A stretch of DNA of 38,781 bases from the NCBI GenBank assembly GCA_043747615.1, contig JAYTOU010000082.1, positions 1-38,781 of the forward strand, given 5' to 3'. The stretch is from Myxococcales bacterium (GTDB lineage: Bacteria; Myxococcota_A; Polyangia; Polyangiales; Polyangiaceae). Within the stretch, counting starts at the first letter, position 1; each line of letters opens with the position of its first letter. Of this stretch, positions 1 through 10,497 are shown piece by piece. Position numbers and translations under genes: made by a program. The notes below the pieces were generated by a model. That model was not told the DNA's origin. It searched no databases and worked only from the letters and a program-made list of their open reading frames with translations.

Positions 1-1
1 G

Positions 2-1354
2 CAAATCCACACCGCGCCGATGCCGATGCCAAATCAGCAGCGCCAGAGCAACCCGCCGCCGGGTCACCTGTACGCGGCGCCGCAACTGCAGCACCCGTCG
101 CAGCGTCCATCCTCGCCGTCGCATCATCCGCACCAGGTCCCGCTCATGCAGAGCCGGAACATGGAAGCGACGCAGATGGTGCGGCCGCAAACGAGCCACA
201 CTGGGCTCATCGTCGCCGCTGTGCTCGGCGGAATCGCGATGCTCGCCGTCGGGCTCGTGTTCTTCCTCCTGCCGCGCACCGGCAAGCTCGCGGTGACCGT
301 CTCCGACGGTAAAGGCAGCGCGATCAACCGCGTCGATATTTTCGTCGATGGCAAACGGCAGTGCGAAACCTCGCCGTGCATGATTGAAGCGCTCAGCGCC
401 GGGCGTCACGAGGTCAAAGTCCTCGCGACCGGCTTCGAGGTTCCCACGGAGCGCTCGGTGTTGATCGAGGCCCGCAAGGACTCGTCGCTTGATTTCGTCG
501 TGAGCGGCGGCAGCTCGTCGGGCACCGGCCTCAAGGTGAGCGGCTCGCAAGCAGGCGTGAAGCTCTTCGTCGACGGGCGTGAGATCGGCCCGCTTCCGCA
601 AGAAGTGCACGACCTCACCCCGGGCGATCACAAGATCCGCCTCGCTGGCACGGAGCGCTACGAGTCCGTCGAGAAGAATGTCACGGTCGCCAAAGACGAG
701 GTGCAAGATCTCGGAAGCGTCCTTCTCAAGGTCGTGAAGGGCAAAGCCACGATCACCTTGGGTACACCGGGCGCGAAGGTCTACATCGTCTCGGGCTCCG
801 ATCGCCGCGATCTCCAGATGCTCCCCATCTCGGTCGATATCGACACCTCGAAGTCCTGGGGCCTCGAAGCTTCGAAGCCGGGCTTCAACGACTACAAGCA
901 GCCGATCAGCTTTGCCGACGGCCAAGCGGAGAAGGTCTTCAGCATTCTTCTCGATCCGAAAGGCTCTGCACCCACGTTCAGCTCGCCGCCTCCCGCCGCG
1001 GCCCCTGCGTCACACCCGCCGCCCGTAGCTGCCGCGCCCGCAGCCTCGCCCCCGGCCGACAAGCCCGCTCCTGCCGTGAGGCCGGCCTCCGCCGATGCGC
1101 CTCCTGCGGACAAGCCCGCTCCTGCGGACAAGCCCGCCGCTGGCGAGGCGTTCCTCAACATCAATTCGCTCCCCGCATCCGCTGTGATCCTGGACGGAAA
1201 GCCCCTCGGCAACACGCCGCGGCTGCACGTCTCGGTTGCCGCCGGCAATCACAGCGTCGTGTTCGTGAATAGCGAACAGAGCTTGAAAAAGACCATGTCG
1301 GTGACGGTCGCCGCCGGCGAAACGAAGCCGGTCATCGGCAAGCTCCGCGAGTAA
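2..1354 (+). CDS. PEGA-domain membrane protein, 5' partial (possibly the C-terminal part of a Ser/Thr kinase-type protein)
   Basis: Frame is open from the window edge. Pro/Gln-rich linker, one TM helix (GLIVAAVLGGIAMLAVGLVFFLL), then repeated PEGA-like units (IFVDGK...GRHEVKV; LFVDGREIGPLP...PGDHKI; INSLPASAVILDGKPLGNTP...GNHSV). Confidence 0.8.
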   Translation, partial: QIHTAPMPMPNQQRQSNPPPGHLYAAPQLQHPSQRPSSPSHHPHQVPLMQSRNMEATQMVRPQTSHTGLIVAAVLGGIAMLAVGLVFFLLPRTGKLAVTVSDGKGSAINRVDIFVDGKRQCETSPCMIEALSAGRHEVKVLATGFEVPTERSVLIEARKDSSLDFVVSGGSSSGTGLKVSGSQAGVKLFVDGREIGPLPQEVHDLTPGDHKIRLAGTERYESVEKNVTVAKDEVQDLGSVLLKVVKGKATITLGTPGAKVYIVSGSDRRDLQMLPISVDIDTSKSWGLEASKPGFNDYKQPISFADGQAEKVFSILLDPKGSAPTFSSPPPAAAPASHPPPVAAAPAASPPADKPAPAVRPASADAPPADKPAPADKPAAGEAFLNINSLPASAVILDGKPLGNTPRLHVSVAAGNHSVVFVNSEQSLKKTMSVTVAAGETKPVIGKLRE

Positions 1355-1363
1355 TTCGTCCCC

Positions 1364-2839
<1,476 letters not shown>

Positions 2840-2876
2840 GCTGCCGAGAATCGTCCACTCTTACACTGTGGGCGCT

Positions 2877-2889
2877 GACAAATTTTGTC
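2877..2889. promoter_or_regulatory. Palindromic site GACAAA-T-TTTGTC, candidate PilR upstream activating sequence
   Basis: Perfect 6-bp inverted repeat, AT-rich in a GC-rich background, about 90-100 bp upstream of the -24 element. This is a typical enhancer position for sigma-54 activators. Confidence 0.55.
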
Positions 2890-2974
2890 GCGGCCGGCCG
2901 GTGCAAGGTGGTCTGGATAGATGCCGGATGGGGAAAAGCAGCCTATCTTGAAGAGGACGGCTCCCGGCGGCGCT

Positions 2975-2990
2975 TGGCATGTCGGGTGCT
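2975..2990 (+). promoter_or_regulatory. Sigma-54 (-24/-12) promoter of pilA
   Basis: TGGCATGTCGGGTGCT: GG at 2976-2977 and GC at 2988-2989 give the exact GG-N10-GC spacing, close to the TGGCACG-N4-TTGC consensus. Confidence 0.8.
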
Positions 2991-3027
2991 TCATTGCAGC
3001 GACGGACTGGAGATGCGAATCGTACCG

Positions 3028-3576
3028 ATGCGAACCAGACGATCCATACGAGATGCGGGCTTCACGCTCATCGAGCTGATGATCGTCGTGGCGATCGTGG
3101 CCATCCTTTCGACGCTCGCCATCGTCGGGTATCGAAAGCTCATCATGTCGTCGCACACGAGCGAAGCGACGCACATGATCCAAGGAATCCGCGTCGCGCA
3201 GGAGACCTATCACGCGGAGACCGGCTCCTACTCCAACATTTCCACGTCGCTCGATGCGACTCTGTGCCCTGCGCACTCGACGCAGCCGTCGAAGGTCCCC
3301 TGGAATCCGGCGTGCAGCGGCGGCACGGCGCTGTGGTCGACGCTCCCCGTACACTCGGACGGCCCCGTGCTCTTCAGCTATGCGACCATGGCCGGTGCGT
3401 CGTCGGTCACCCCGACCATGCCGAGCGGGATGGCCGTCACGCCGACGATGACCGCGATCACGAGCGACTGGTTCACGATCTCCGGAAAGGCTGACAACGA
3501 CAACAACAGCGTCTGGTGCACCGTAGTCGGCACCTCGTGGACGAACGACATCTACGTCGACCGCGACGGCGAGTAG
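3028..3576 (+). CDS. pilA: Type IVa major pilin (mature length 171 aa)
   Basis: Class III signal peptide MRTRRSIRDAG|FTLIELMIVVAIVAILSTLAI. The start is ATG 3028 or ATG 3013, both downstream of the sigma-54 promoter. Confidence 0.88.
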   Translation: MRTRRSIRDAGFTLIELMIVVAIVAILSTLAIVGYRKLIMSSHTSEATHMIQGIRVAQETYHAETGSYSNISTSLDATLCPAHSTQPSKVPWNPACSGGTALWSTLPVHSDGPVLFSYATMAGASSVTPTMPSGMAVTPTMTAITSDWFTISGKADNDNNSVWCTVVGTSWTNDIYVDRDGE

Positions 3577-3653
3577 CGCGCGTCAGTCGGCACGCCGCAA
3601 TATCTTGAATCGAATGATCGCACGACCCGCCGGGTTCGCGGTATGGTCCGGTC

Positions 3654-4211
3654 GTGCGTCCGAAACGGCCGGAAAGTCGCGCCTTCACCATAATCGAGGT
3701 GATGAACTTCATCGCCCTCGCTTGTGTCCTCGGGGCGCTCGGCATGTACGGCCTCGCCCGCTACGTGCGCCACGCGAAAACGGCAGAAGCGATAGGCTCG
3801 GTGAAATCGCTCGCCGAGGCAGCCGCCGGCTTCTACGACGGATCTGATTTCAATCAACCCGCGGGGACGAGGCCAGAGTCGGCCCGCGCGATGCGGCATT
3901 TTCCGTCGACGTCGCGCACCAGCGTCCCCGGGGACCTGGGCGACGTGAAGGGCAAGCGGTATCAGAGCGCCATCGGCGACTGGGCGGTCGCCCCCTGGAA
4001 TGATCTGCATTTCTCGATCCCACAACCGCAGTACTACGCGTACTCGTTCGAGGCGCAGGGGCGAGGAGCCGAAGCGCAGGCGAGCGCCACCGCTCACGGC
4101 GATCTCGACGGCAACGCAGTGCTCTCGACGTACCGTATTTCGGTGACGCCCGACGCGGAGCTTCACGCGAAGGTCTCGCCCACGATGGAGCGATGGAATG
4201 CGGAGGAGTGA
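3654..4211 (+). CDS. Type IV pilin-like protein
   Basis: Basic leader and A|FTIIEVMNFIALACVLGALG, followed by the AKTAEA helix, the W..L.F segment and the C-terminal AHGDLDGN motif seen in myxobacterial pilins. Confidence 0.8.
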   Translation: MRPKRPESRAFTIIEVMNFIALACVLGALGMYGLARYVRHAKTAEAIGSVKSLAEAAAGFYDGSDFNQPAGTRPESARAMRHFPSTSRTSVPGDLGDVKGKRYQSAIGDWAVAPWNDLHFSIPQPQYYAYSFEAQGRGAEAQASATAHGDLDGNAVLSTYRISVTPDAELHAKVSPTMERWNAEE

Positions 4212-4719
4212 GCCGCGCGGCCGCCTTAGGGGCGTGGCTCCGGTCGAGGCCGCGATCGGCGTCGCTATTTTCGGATCTCTTTTGGCGGTCGCCGTGCCGG
4301 CCTTCGTTCGCGAGCTGCATGCGTCGCGCTTCGTAGAGCCGGTGGAGGGACTCGAGCGCATGAGTGCAGCTGCGCTCGACGGGTCTCACGGAAAGCCCGT
4401 CGGAGAAGCCTTTCCGCCGAGCGCGCCGCACACCCCGTCCGTCGTGCCGCGGGGAAAGCTGGAGGTCGATCCCCCGGGAACCTGGGACAGACCCACGTGG
4501 CAGGCCCTGCACTTTCAACCCGTGGCGACGGGCGCTCCTCATGCGTTTGCGTTCGCGTTCGAGAACGCCCCTTCGGCCGCGATGAGTCGGTTCGTTGCGC
4601 GCGCCAACGGTGATCTCGACGGCGACGGGAACACGAGCACGTTCGAGCTTCGCGGTCACACCGACGGCGCCGCACCAGCAATCGATCCCGGGATGTACGT
4701 CGAGGCCGAGCTCGAATGA
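4198..4719 (+). CDS. Type IV pilin-like protein
   Basis: Leader MRRSEPRGRLRG|VAPVEAAIGVAIFGSLLAVAVPAF with E5 retained, plus WQALHF and ANGDLDGDG motifs. Overlaps both neighbouring genes. Confidence 0.75.
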   Translation: MRRSEPRGRLRGVAPVEAAIGVAIFGSLLAVAVPAFVRELHASRFVEPVEGLERMSAAALDGSHGKPVGEAFPPSAPHTPSVVPRGKLEVDPPGTWDRPTWQALHFQPVATGAPHAFAFAFENAPSAAMSRFVARANGDLDGDGNTSTFELRGHTDGAAPAIDPGMYVEAELE

Positions 4720-5618
4720 AGCTCGACGCGGGGGCCGTCCTCCTCCTCCTCGCCGCGGTAGGAGCTGCGGGGGTGTCCGTTGTTCAGCCGCGTCTCGCGG
4801 CGACGATGCACGCGGCGAAAGAGCGCGAGGACGTCTACGTGCTTCCGCCTCCGCGTGAGCTCCAGGTGATGTCCCTTGGCTATCGAAACGCCGGCGCGGA
4901 TCTACTATGGGCAAAATTGCTCGTGCAGTACGGTACGCACTGGGCGGAGAAGCGCGAGTTCGCGGATCTCCCTCGTTACCTCGACGCCATTCTCGCCCTC
5001 GAACCCGACTACGCGCCGCTGTACAAATTCGTCGACACCCTCGTCGTGTTTCGTCCACCGCACGCAACGGAAGAGGACGCGAGGATCGCGCGCCGCTACC
5101 TCGAGCGAGGCGTGAAGGAGCGCCCCTTCGACCACGAGGTCTGGCATCACTACGGGCAATTTTTGGCCTTTCTCGCGCCGAGCTTCCTGACCAACGCGGA
5201 AGAGAAAGATCGCTGGCGAAAGGACGGAGCAGAGGCGCTCATCCATGCCGTCGACCTCGGAGCCGAGCCCAACAGCGCCATCAGCGCAGCCACCATTCTC
5301 AATCGGTTCGGCGAGAGCAAGGCGGTGACCATCGAACACCTGCGCCGCGCGTACGCCCTCGCCGACGATCCACGCACGCGGGAAGAAATTTCCCAGAAGC
5401 TCGAGCGTCTCCAGGCCTCCGCGGCACGTGAAATGGCGGAGCGGGACATGAAGTTCATCGAAGCGCGGTGGCGCAAGGACTATCCGTTCGTTTCGCGCGG
5501 TGAGTACCTGATGATCGCACCGTTCACCGACCCGCTCCGTTGCACCGGTCCGACGAGCGCGCTGGCGCCGGAATGTGTGCGTGATTGGGAGCCGCGCCTA
5601 CCTTCCGCGAAGCCCTGA
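4716..5618 (+). CDS. PilG/XapA-like helical-repeat pilus accessory protein
   Basis: N-terminal hydrophobic anchor, SLGYRNAGADLLWAKLLVQYG motif and TPR-like helices, as in proteins encoded after pilA in delta-proteobacteria. ATGA overlap with the upstream pilin. Confidence 0.55.
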   Translation: MKLDAGAVLLLLAAVGAAGVSVVQPRLAATMHAAKEREDVYVLPPPRELQVMSLGYRNAGADLLWAKLLVQYGTHWAEKREFADLPRYLDAILALEPDYAPLYKFVDTLVVFRPPHATEEDARIARRYLERGVKERPFDHEVWHHYGQFLAFLAPSFLTNAEEKDRWRKDGAEALIHAVDLGAEPNSAISAATILNRFGESKAVTIEHLRRAYALADDPRTREEISQKLERLQASAAREMAERDMKFIEARWRKDYPFVSRGEYLMIAPFTDPLRCTGPTSALAPECVRDWEPRLPSAKP

Positions 5619-5651
5619 GCCAATCGGCCGAGCGCGCGCTATGATGCACGC

Positions 5652-7208
5652 ATGTACTTAGCTTGGGGCCCGCGCGTTGCGCTGGGTGTGGCACTCTGCT
5701 CGACTGCCGCGTGTGGCTCGAGCCCTCTGTTAGGTGACTCACTGACACCCAGGTCGGATGCGGCGATCCGTTTCGACGCCACAGGTGTGCTCACGGCGCT
5801 TCCGAGTGCGAGCGTCCCCGTTGCCATCCTCGTTCAAGGAATGGAGACCAGCATCTCCGTCTGGTTGGAAGGCGACTACCTCGATGCTTCTCTCAGCCAT
5901 GATCAGCTCACCGCAGAGGGCGGGCGCGCCGCGATAATCCTTCATGCGCCTTCGGCTCCCGCGACGTTCGCACTTCGCGCGAAGCTACGCAGCGGTGCCA
6001 CCGCGCGGATCGACGTGGCGGTGAGCGCCAACGGTTACGGCTCGGTGCGAATCGTCTCGAAATACGCCGGGGCGCGCCTCGCTCCCAGCATCATTGGCAG
6101 TGTGTTTCTGAAGAGCTCGTGTGCCGATCTCGCGCGTCTTCCGCTGATGGATGGAGCCCCGATGATGACCGGTACACTGACGGGTCCACTCAATATCCCA
6201 AGTGTGCCTGCGGGTTCGCACGTCGCTGTCTTGGTTCGCATCGCGCACTACGCCAGGGGCTGCGTCGACGTCGACACGCTCGTGCCGTCGGTGGTGCGTG
6301 AGCTCCCGGTGACCATCGAGGATCTTCCGATGGCGCTCGACAAAACGAACCTCGACTCGCTCTTCACGCTCGAGCCCGATGCTACCGACCGCGCCAAGTG
6401 GGACGCAATGCTCGCTCAAGCAGTGACGAAGGCTAGCTCCGCGTTCATCCCCCAGGGCGCCATGGAATCAACGGTGCTCCTCGACGCCATGCAGGCCGCC
6501 GCTCCCCTCGGTAACCAGTCACAGTTCGGGGCCTCGCGCACGACGGGAACGTTCGAGACGAAAACGGCCACGTGGCTCGGCGCCCATCTCCCCCTGATGA
6601 CGGATCGCGCGACGACCTGGCTTTCTGCGGGAAAAACCGAGGCGTTCGGCAATCTGACGATGCACATCGCCAATGGTCCAGGCCCCGGTCTCGCGGCGAT
6701 CGATCTCAAGACGTTCGGCCGGCTCGACGCCGCGGCATCGGGCCTGAGCACGCGCGTACCCTTCGGATGGACCGCCGACCCGAAAGACATCGTTCACCTT
6801 TCAGGCTCCGTTTATGTGAGGCCCACGGCTCTCGTGACGTCAGCGGCAGATGGACACGCGAGGACGGACGTCGTCGGCTCGACCAACGTGGCGAGCGCCC
6901 TCGGAACGCAAATCGATTGCGCTGGATTGGCGACGTCTCTCGTGGGTGCGGGCGTCAGCTATGCGGGCTGCGGCGCCGCGTGCACTGCCGCGCTCTGCCA
7001 GACGGCGCTCTCCACGATGTGGAAGGGGGCCACGGATGCCTCTGCAGCGGCCTCCGAAGAAGCGCAGATTCGGATGACCGCGAGCGCGCGCGCCGACGTC
7101 GGCGAATACGCGGATCCCAAGCAATTTTCGGGTGACTGGGTCGGTGAGGTCAGCGCGCCCGGCGCAACGTTCGGCCTCAAAGGCAGCGCCACCGCGGCTC
7201 CTCCCTAA
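5652..7208 (+). CDS. Hypothetical lipoprotein with a Cys-rich C-terminal region
   Basis: 518-aa ORF filling the gap between genes. Signal peptide with lipobox-like TAAC|GSS, and a CAGL...GCGAACTAALC cluster. Confidence 0.7.
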   Translation: MYLAWGPRVALGVALCSTAACGSSPLLGDSLTPRSDAAIRFDATGVLTALPSASVPVAILVQGMETSISVWLEGDYLDASLSHDQLTAEGGRAAIILHAPSAPATFALRAKLRSGATARIDVAVSANGYGSVRIVSKYAGARLAPSIIGSVFLKSSCADLARLPLMDGAPMMTGTLTGPLNIPSVPAGSHVAVLVRIAHYARGCVDVDTLVPSVVRELPVTIEDLPMALDKTNLDSLFTLEPDATDRAKWDAMLAQAVTKASSAFIPQGAMESTVLLDAMQAAAPLGNQSQFGASRTTGTFETKTATWLGAHLPLMTDRATTWLSAGKTEAFGNLTMHIANGPGPGLAAIDLKTFGRLDAAASGLSTRVPFGWTADPKDIVHLSGSVYVRPTALVTSAADGHARTDVVGSTNVASALGTQIDCAGLATSLVGAGVSYAGCGAACTAALCQTALSTMWKGATDASAAASEEAQIRMTASARADVGEYADPKQFSGDWVGEVSAPGATFGLKGSATAAPP

Positions 7209-8134
7209 TCGACCTTGATCGTTCGCAGGCCGACGATCGCGTACTGCGTCGAGCCGGGGAGCTTCGCCCAGATGGTGAGCTCGTACATCCCTGCCTTCTT
7301 GCCGTCGCTCACCGGGATTTCGATCTCGAAGTGATTTCCGCTGACGGCCACCGGAATAGGCGTGACGAATCCGGCGGGCCAGTACACCTGGTAGGGCTTG
7401 GGAATTTCGTACGTGCGCCGCGTGTTGAGCACGGCGACCGAAATCGGGCGGGGCGACTCGATGCGGGCGAGGCCCACTCCACCGACGGTCGCGGGCGCGG
7501 TGATCGTCCCCGACACGTGAAGCATCGCACCTACGCGCATGTGCTTCGGCACCGCGTCGTACGCCCCGTAGGGATCCGTGAATTCCTGTGAAAAACAGGG
7601 CACTGCGATCTCCGTCGCCGTGCTCACGGGTTGGGCCACACCGATGCCGACCTTCTTGTGAAACGGCTTGAGGATGTTTTTGCGGTGGCCGTCGTTCGGG
7701 GGCACCTCGTTGAAAAACATCGACTCGGCCTTCACCACTTGCTCAGCGTCGACGAGGGGATGGCCGTCGAGCGTTCGCGCGGCCTGGTCCGTGAAGCAGA
7801 GAGCGTTCTCGAGGACCATGTCTGCGCCGCCGGCCTCGGAGTGGCGCTGCTCCGGCACCGATCCGTCGGTGCCCCAGTGTCCAAGGTAGCCGTTCTTCGC
7901 CATGTCGTCCGCGTGCGCTTGCCCGGCCGTGGTTGGCGGCCCTTCGTCGAGCTCGACCGGCGGCAAATGCTCCGTCGCGCGATCCTGATTGATCAGCGTG
8001 ACCATGAATCTTCGTGCTTCCGGAATCGTCAGTCGCTTCTTCGGGGGAGCGGCACGCACGCTCACCAAGGTCGCCGGGGCCGGTGGAGCTCCGCCGCAAG
8101 CGGCTACGCTAAAGAGAAAAACAGCCAGACGCAT
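7205..8134 (-). CDS. CAP/SCP-domain lipoprotein
   Basis: Lipobox VAAC|GG. CAP motifs LINQDR, AHADDMA, GYLGHWGTDGS, GHRKNIL and VGIG, plus an extra beta-rich C-terminal domain. Confidence 0.85.
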   Translation of the reverse strand: MRLAVFLFSVAACGGAPPAPATLVSVRAAPPKKRLTIPEARRFMVTLINQDRATEHLPPVELDEGPPTTAGQAHADDMAKNGYLGHWGTDGSVPEQRHSEAGGADMVLENALCFTDQAARTLDGHPLVDAEQVVKAESMFFNEVPPNDGHRKNILKPFHKKVGIGVAQPVSTATEIAVPCFSQEFTDPYGAYDAVPKHMRVGAMLHVSGTITAPATVGGVGLARIESPRPISVAVLNTRRTYEIPKPYQVYWPAGFVTPIPVAVSGNHFEIEIPVSDGKKAGMYELTIWAKLPGSTQYAIVGLRTIKVD

Positions 8135-8161
8135 GGCTCTTCGTTAGCATGAGGGCCAACG

Positions 8162-9247
8162 ATGCACGAGTCGCTCGCCGTCACCTGTGGTCAGCTGATC
8201 GTCGGCGGTTTCCAGGGAACCACGCTCCCCTCTTCGTACGCGCGCGCGCTCAAAAACGGAGAGCGGGCCGGGGCGATTCTGTTTCGTCGAAACCTACCGC
8301 CCGACCTCGAAGACCTCGCTCGCCTCAACGCTGCGATCCTCGCCGCCTCGCGATCAGACCTTCCTCCGATCATCGGGGTCGACCAAGAAGGAGGGCGCGT
8401 CGCTCGCATCGCTGCGCCTGCGCTGCGCGTCCCGCCGATGCAGACCCTGGCAAAGCTCGGCGACCTGGCCTTCGCCGAGCGGGTAGCCACCTGCATGGCC
8501 ACCGAGCTCGCAACCCTCGGGTTCACGACTTCGTTTGCGCCCGTCCTCGACGTTCACAGCCATCCCAACAACCCGGTCATCGGTGACCGCTCCTTCGGCA
8601 CGAGCGCCGAGCTCGTCGCGCGCTACGGGGTAGCGTTCGCGTCCGGGCTCCAAAACGCGGGCGTTTTTGCCTGCGGAAAGCATTTCCCGGGGCACGGCGA
8701 CACGCACCTCGACTCTCATTTCGATCTCCCCGTAGTCGCTCACGAGCGCGCGCGGCTCGACGCCATCGAGCTCGTTCCTTTTCGCGCCGCGGCGCGCGGA
8801 GGCATCGAGTCGCTGATGACCGCTCACGTGGTGGTCTCGACGATCGATCCCGAGGTGCCAGCGACACTGTCGCGTGCAATCTGCACGGACCTCCTTCGCG
8901 GTGAGCTCGGTTTTCGCGGCGTGCTCATCTCCGACGATCTGGAGATGAAGGCGGTGGCCGATCGTTTCCCGGTGGAGGAGTCGGCGGTGCGATCGATCTC
9001 CGCGGGGTGCGATCTGCTTCTGGTGTGCTCCGACGAAGCTCTCCAGACGCGCGCGCACGAGGCGTTGGTGCGGCGCGCCGAGAACGACGCTGCGTTTCGC
9101 GAGCGTTGCGAGGAGGCGTTCGCCCGCGGTCTCGCACTGCGACGGCGCTTTCCCCCCCGCCCTTCTCCGTCGCGCGTGCAGAGCGCAGTCGGCGGCGAAG
9201 CCTCCTTGGCTATGGCGCGCGAGCTCGCCTCGAGGGCCGCCCCATGA
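8162..9247 (+). CDS. nagZ: Beta-N-acetylhexosaminidase (GH3)
   Basis: DQEGGRV, APVLDV, IGDRSFG, the NagZ signature KHFPGHGDTHLDSH, MTAHV and ISDDLEMKA. Confidence 0.92.
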   Translation: MHESLAVTCGQLIVGGFQGTTLPSSYARALKNGERAGAILFRRNLPPDLEDLARLNAAILAASRSDLPPIIGVDQEGGRVARIAAPALRVPPMQTLAKLGDLAFAERVATCMATELATLGFTTSFAPVLDVHSHPNNPVIGDRSFGTSAELVARYGVAFASGLQNAGVFACGKHFPGHGDTHLDSHFDLPVVAHERARLDAIELVPFRAAARGGIESLMTAHVVVSTIDPEVPATLSRAICTDLLRGELGFRGVLISDDLEMKAVADRFPVEESAVRSISAGCDLLLVCSDEALQTRAHEALVRRAENDAAFRERCEEAFARGLALRRRFPPRPSPSRVQSAVGGEASLAMARELASRAAP

Positions 9248-10497
9248 GCGGCGGCGCGCGCGCCTTCACGGCCTCTCGCATCGTCACCTGCGACGCTGCG
9301 CGCACTGGCGTTCTCGGCGTGATCGAGAATGGCGCGATCGTCACCGAAGCGGGCAAAATTAGCTGGATCGGCGCACGAAAGGATCTCGACCCGCGACTTC
9401 CGGTAGACGACGCAGGAGACGCGGTGCTAACGCCCGGGCTCGTCGATGCGCACACCCACGCGGCGTGGGTTGGATCGCGCCACGGCGAGTACGCGGTGCG
9501 CATGGGCGGTGGCGACTACGAAGCTATCGCCGAGGCCGGCGGCGGAATCGTCTCCACCCAGCGTGCCGTCGCGGGCGTCAGCGAGGAGGAGCTCGCCGCG
9601 CGGATGGGCGCACGCCTCGCCCGGATGGCGGCCCTCGGCGTGACCACCTGTGAAGTGAAAAGCGGCTACGGACTCGAGGCCGAGCACGAGCTCAAGCAGC
9701 TTCGAGCCATCGCCCGGGTCTCGCTCCGCCACGATCTTCCGCGCGTCGTCGCAACCTTCCTCGCGCTCCATGCGCTTCCTCCTAGCGCGCGCGCCAACCG
9801 CGAGGCCTACGTTCGGAGCGTGACCGAAACGCTCCTTCCCACCGTCGCCCGCGAGAAGCTTGCAGCGTTCGTCGATGCCTACGTCGACGCAAATGCGTTT
9901 CGCGTCGACGAGGCTCGCTTGCTCGGCGAAAAAGCTCGATCCCTGGGGCTTGGTATTCGTCTCCATGTCGGTCAATTCGCGGACGTAGGCGGCGCCGAGC
10001 TTGCCGCGGATCTCGGTGCGCTCTCTGCCGATCACCTCGAGCACGTGAGCGACCACGGCATCGGCCGGCTCGCTGCGAGCGGCACGCATGCCGTGCTTCT
10101 CCCGATCGCCAGCTTCACGCTCGCCCAAGCGCCTCCGCCCGTGGCGGCGCTCCGTCGCGCAGGAGTTCCGCTGGTTGTCGCGAGCGACGCGAACCCTGGG
10201 ACTGCGCCGACCGAGAGCCTTCCCCTGGCGATGGCCTTCGCAGTGCGTCTGTATGGACTCACTCCCGAAGAAGCGCTCCTTGCGGCCACGCGCAACGCGG
10301 CTTCGTCGCTCGCCGTTCCTGAACGCGGCATCCTTCGCAGCGGCGGACCCGCAGATTTCGTCATCTGGGATCTTCCGCACGAGGGCGCGATCATCCAACC
10401 GTGGGGCACCTCACGCGCGCGCCTCGTCGTGCGCGACGGAACTCCGATCGCCGGCTATTTGCCCACGAACGGCGCGGACGGCCGAACGATTACCTAG
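9244..10497 (+). CDS. hutI: Imidazolonepropionase (amidohydrolase superfamily)
   Basis: PGLVDAHTH, GSRHGEY...GGGIVST, GVTTCEVKSGYGL, SADHLE and SDANPGT. ATG 9244 overlaps the nagZ stop (ATGA). Confidence 0.88.
   Translation: MSGGARAFTASRIVTCDAARTGVLGVIENGAIVTEAGKISWIGARKDLDPRLPVDDAGDAVLTPGLVDAHTHAAWVGSRHGEYAVRMGGGDYEAIAEAGGGIVSTQRAVAGVSEEELAARMGARLARMAALGVTTCEVKSGYGLEAEHELKQLRAIARVSLRHDLPRVVATFLALHALPPSARANREAYVRSVTETLLPTVAREKLAAFVDAYVDANAFRVDEARLLGEKARSLGLGIRLHVGQFADVGGAELAADLGALSADHLEHVSDHGIGRLAASGTHAVLLPIASFTLAQAPPPVAALRRAGVPLVVASDANPGTAPTESLPLAMAFAVRLYGLTPEEALLAATRNAASSLAVPERGILRSGGPADFVIWDLPHEGAIIQPWGTSRARLVVRDGTPIAGYLPTNGADGRTIT

Noticed and set aside
1101..1136. Two exact 18-bp repeats (PADKPA) in the PEGA gene
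   Set aside because: An ordinary slippage repeat in a Pro/Ala linker, in frame.
2908..3027. Long N-terminal extension of PilA from the ORF track
   Set aside because: It spans the sigma-54 promoter; the short basic leader from 3013/3028 fits type IVa pilins.
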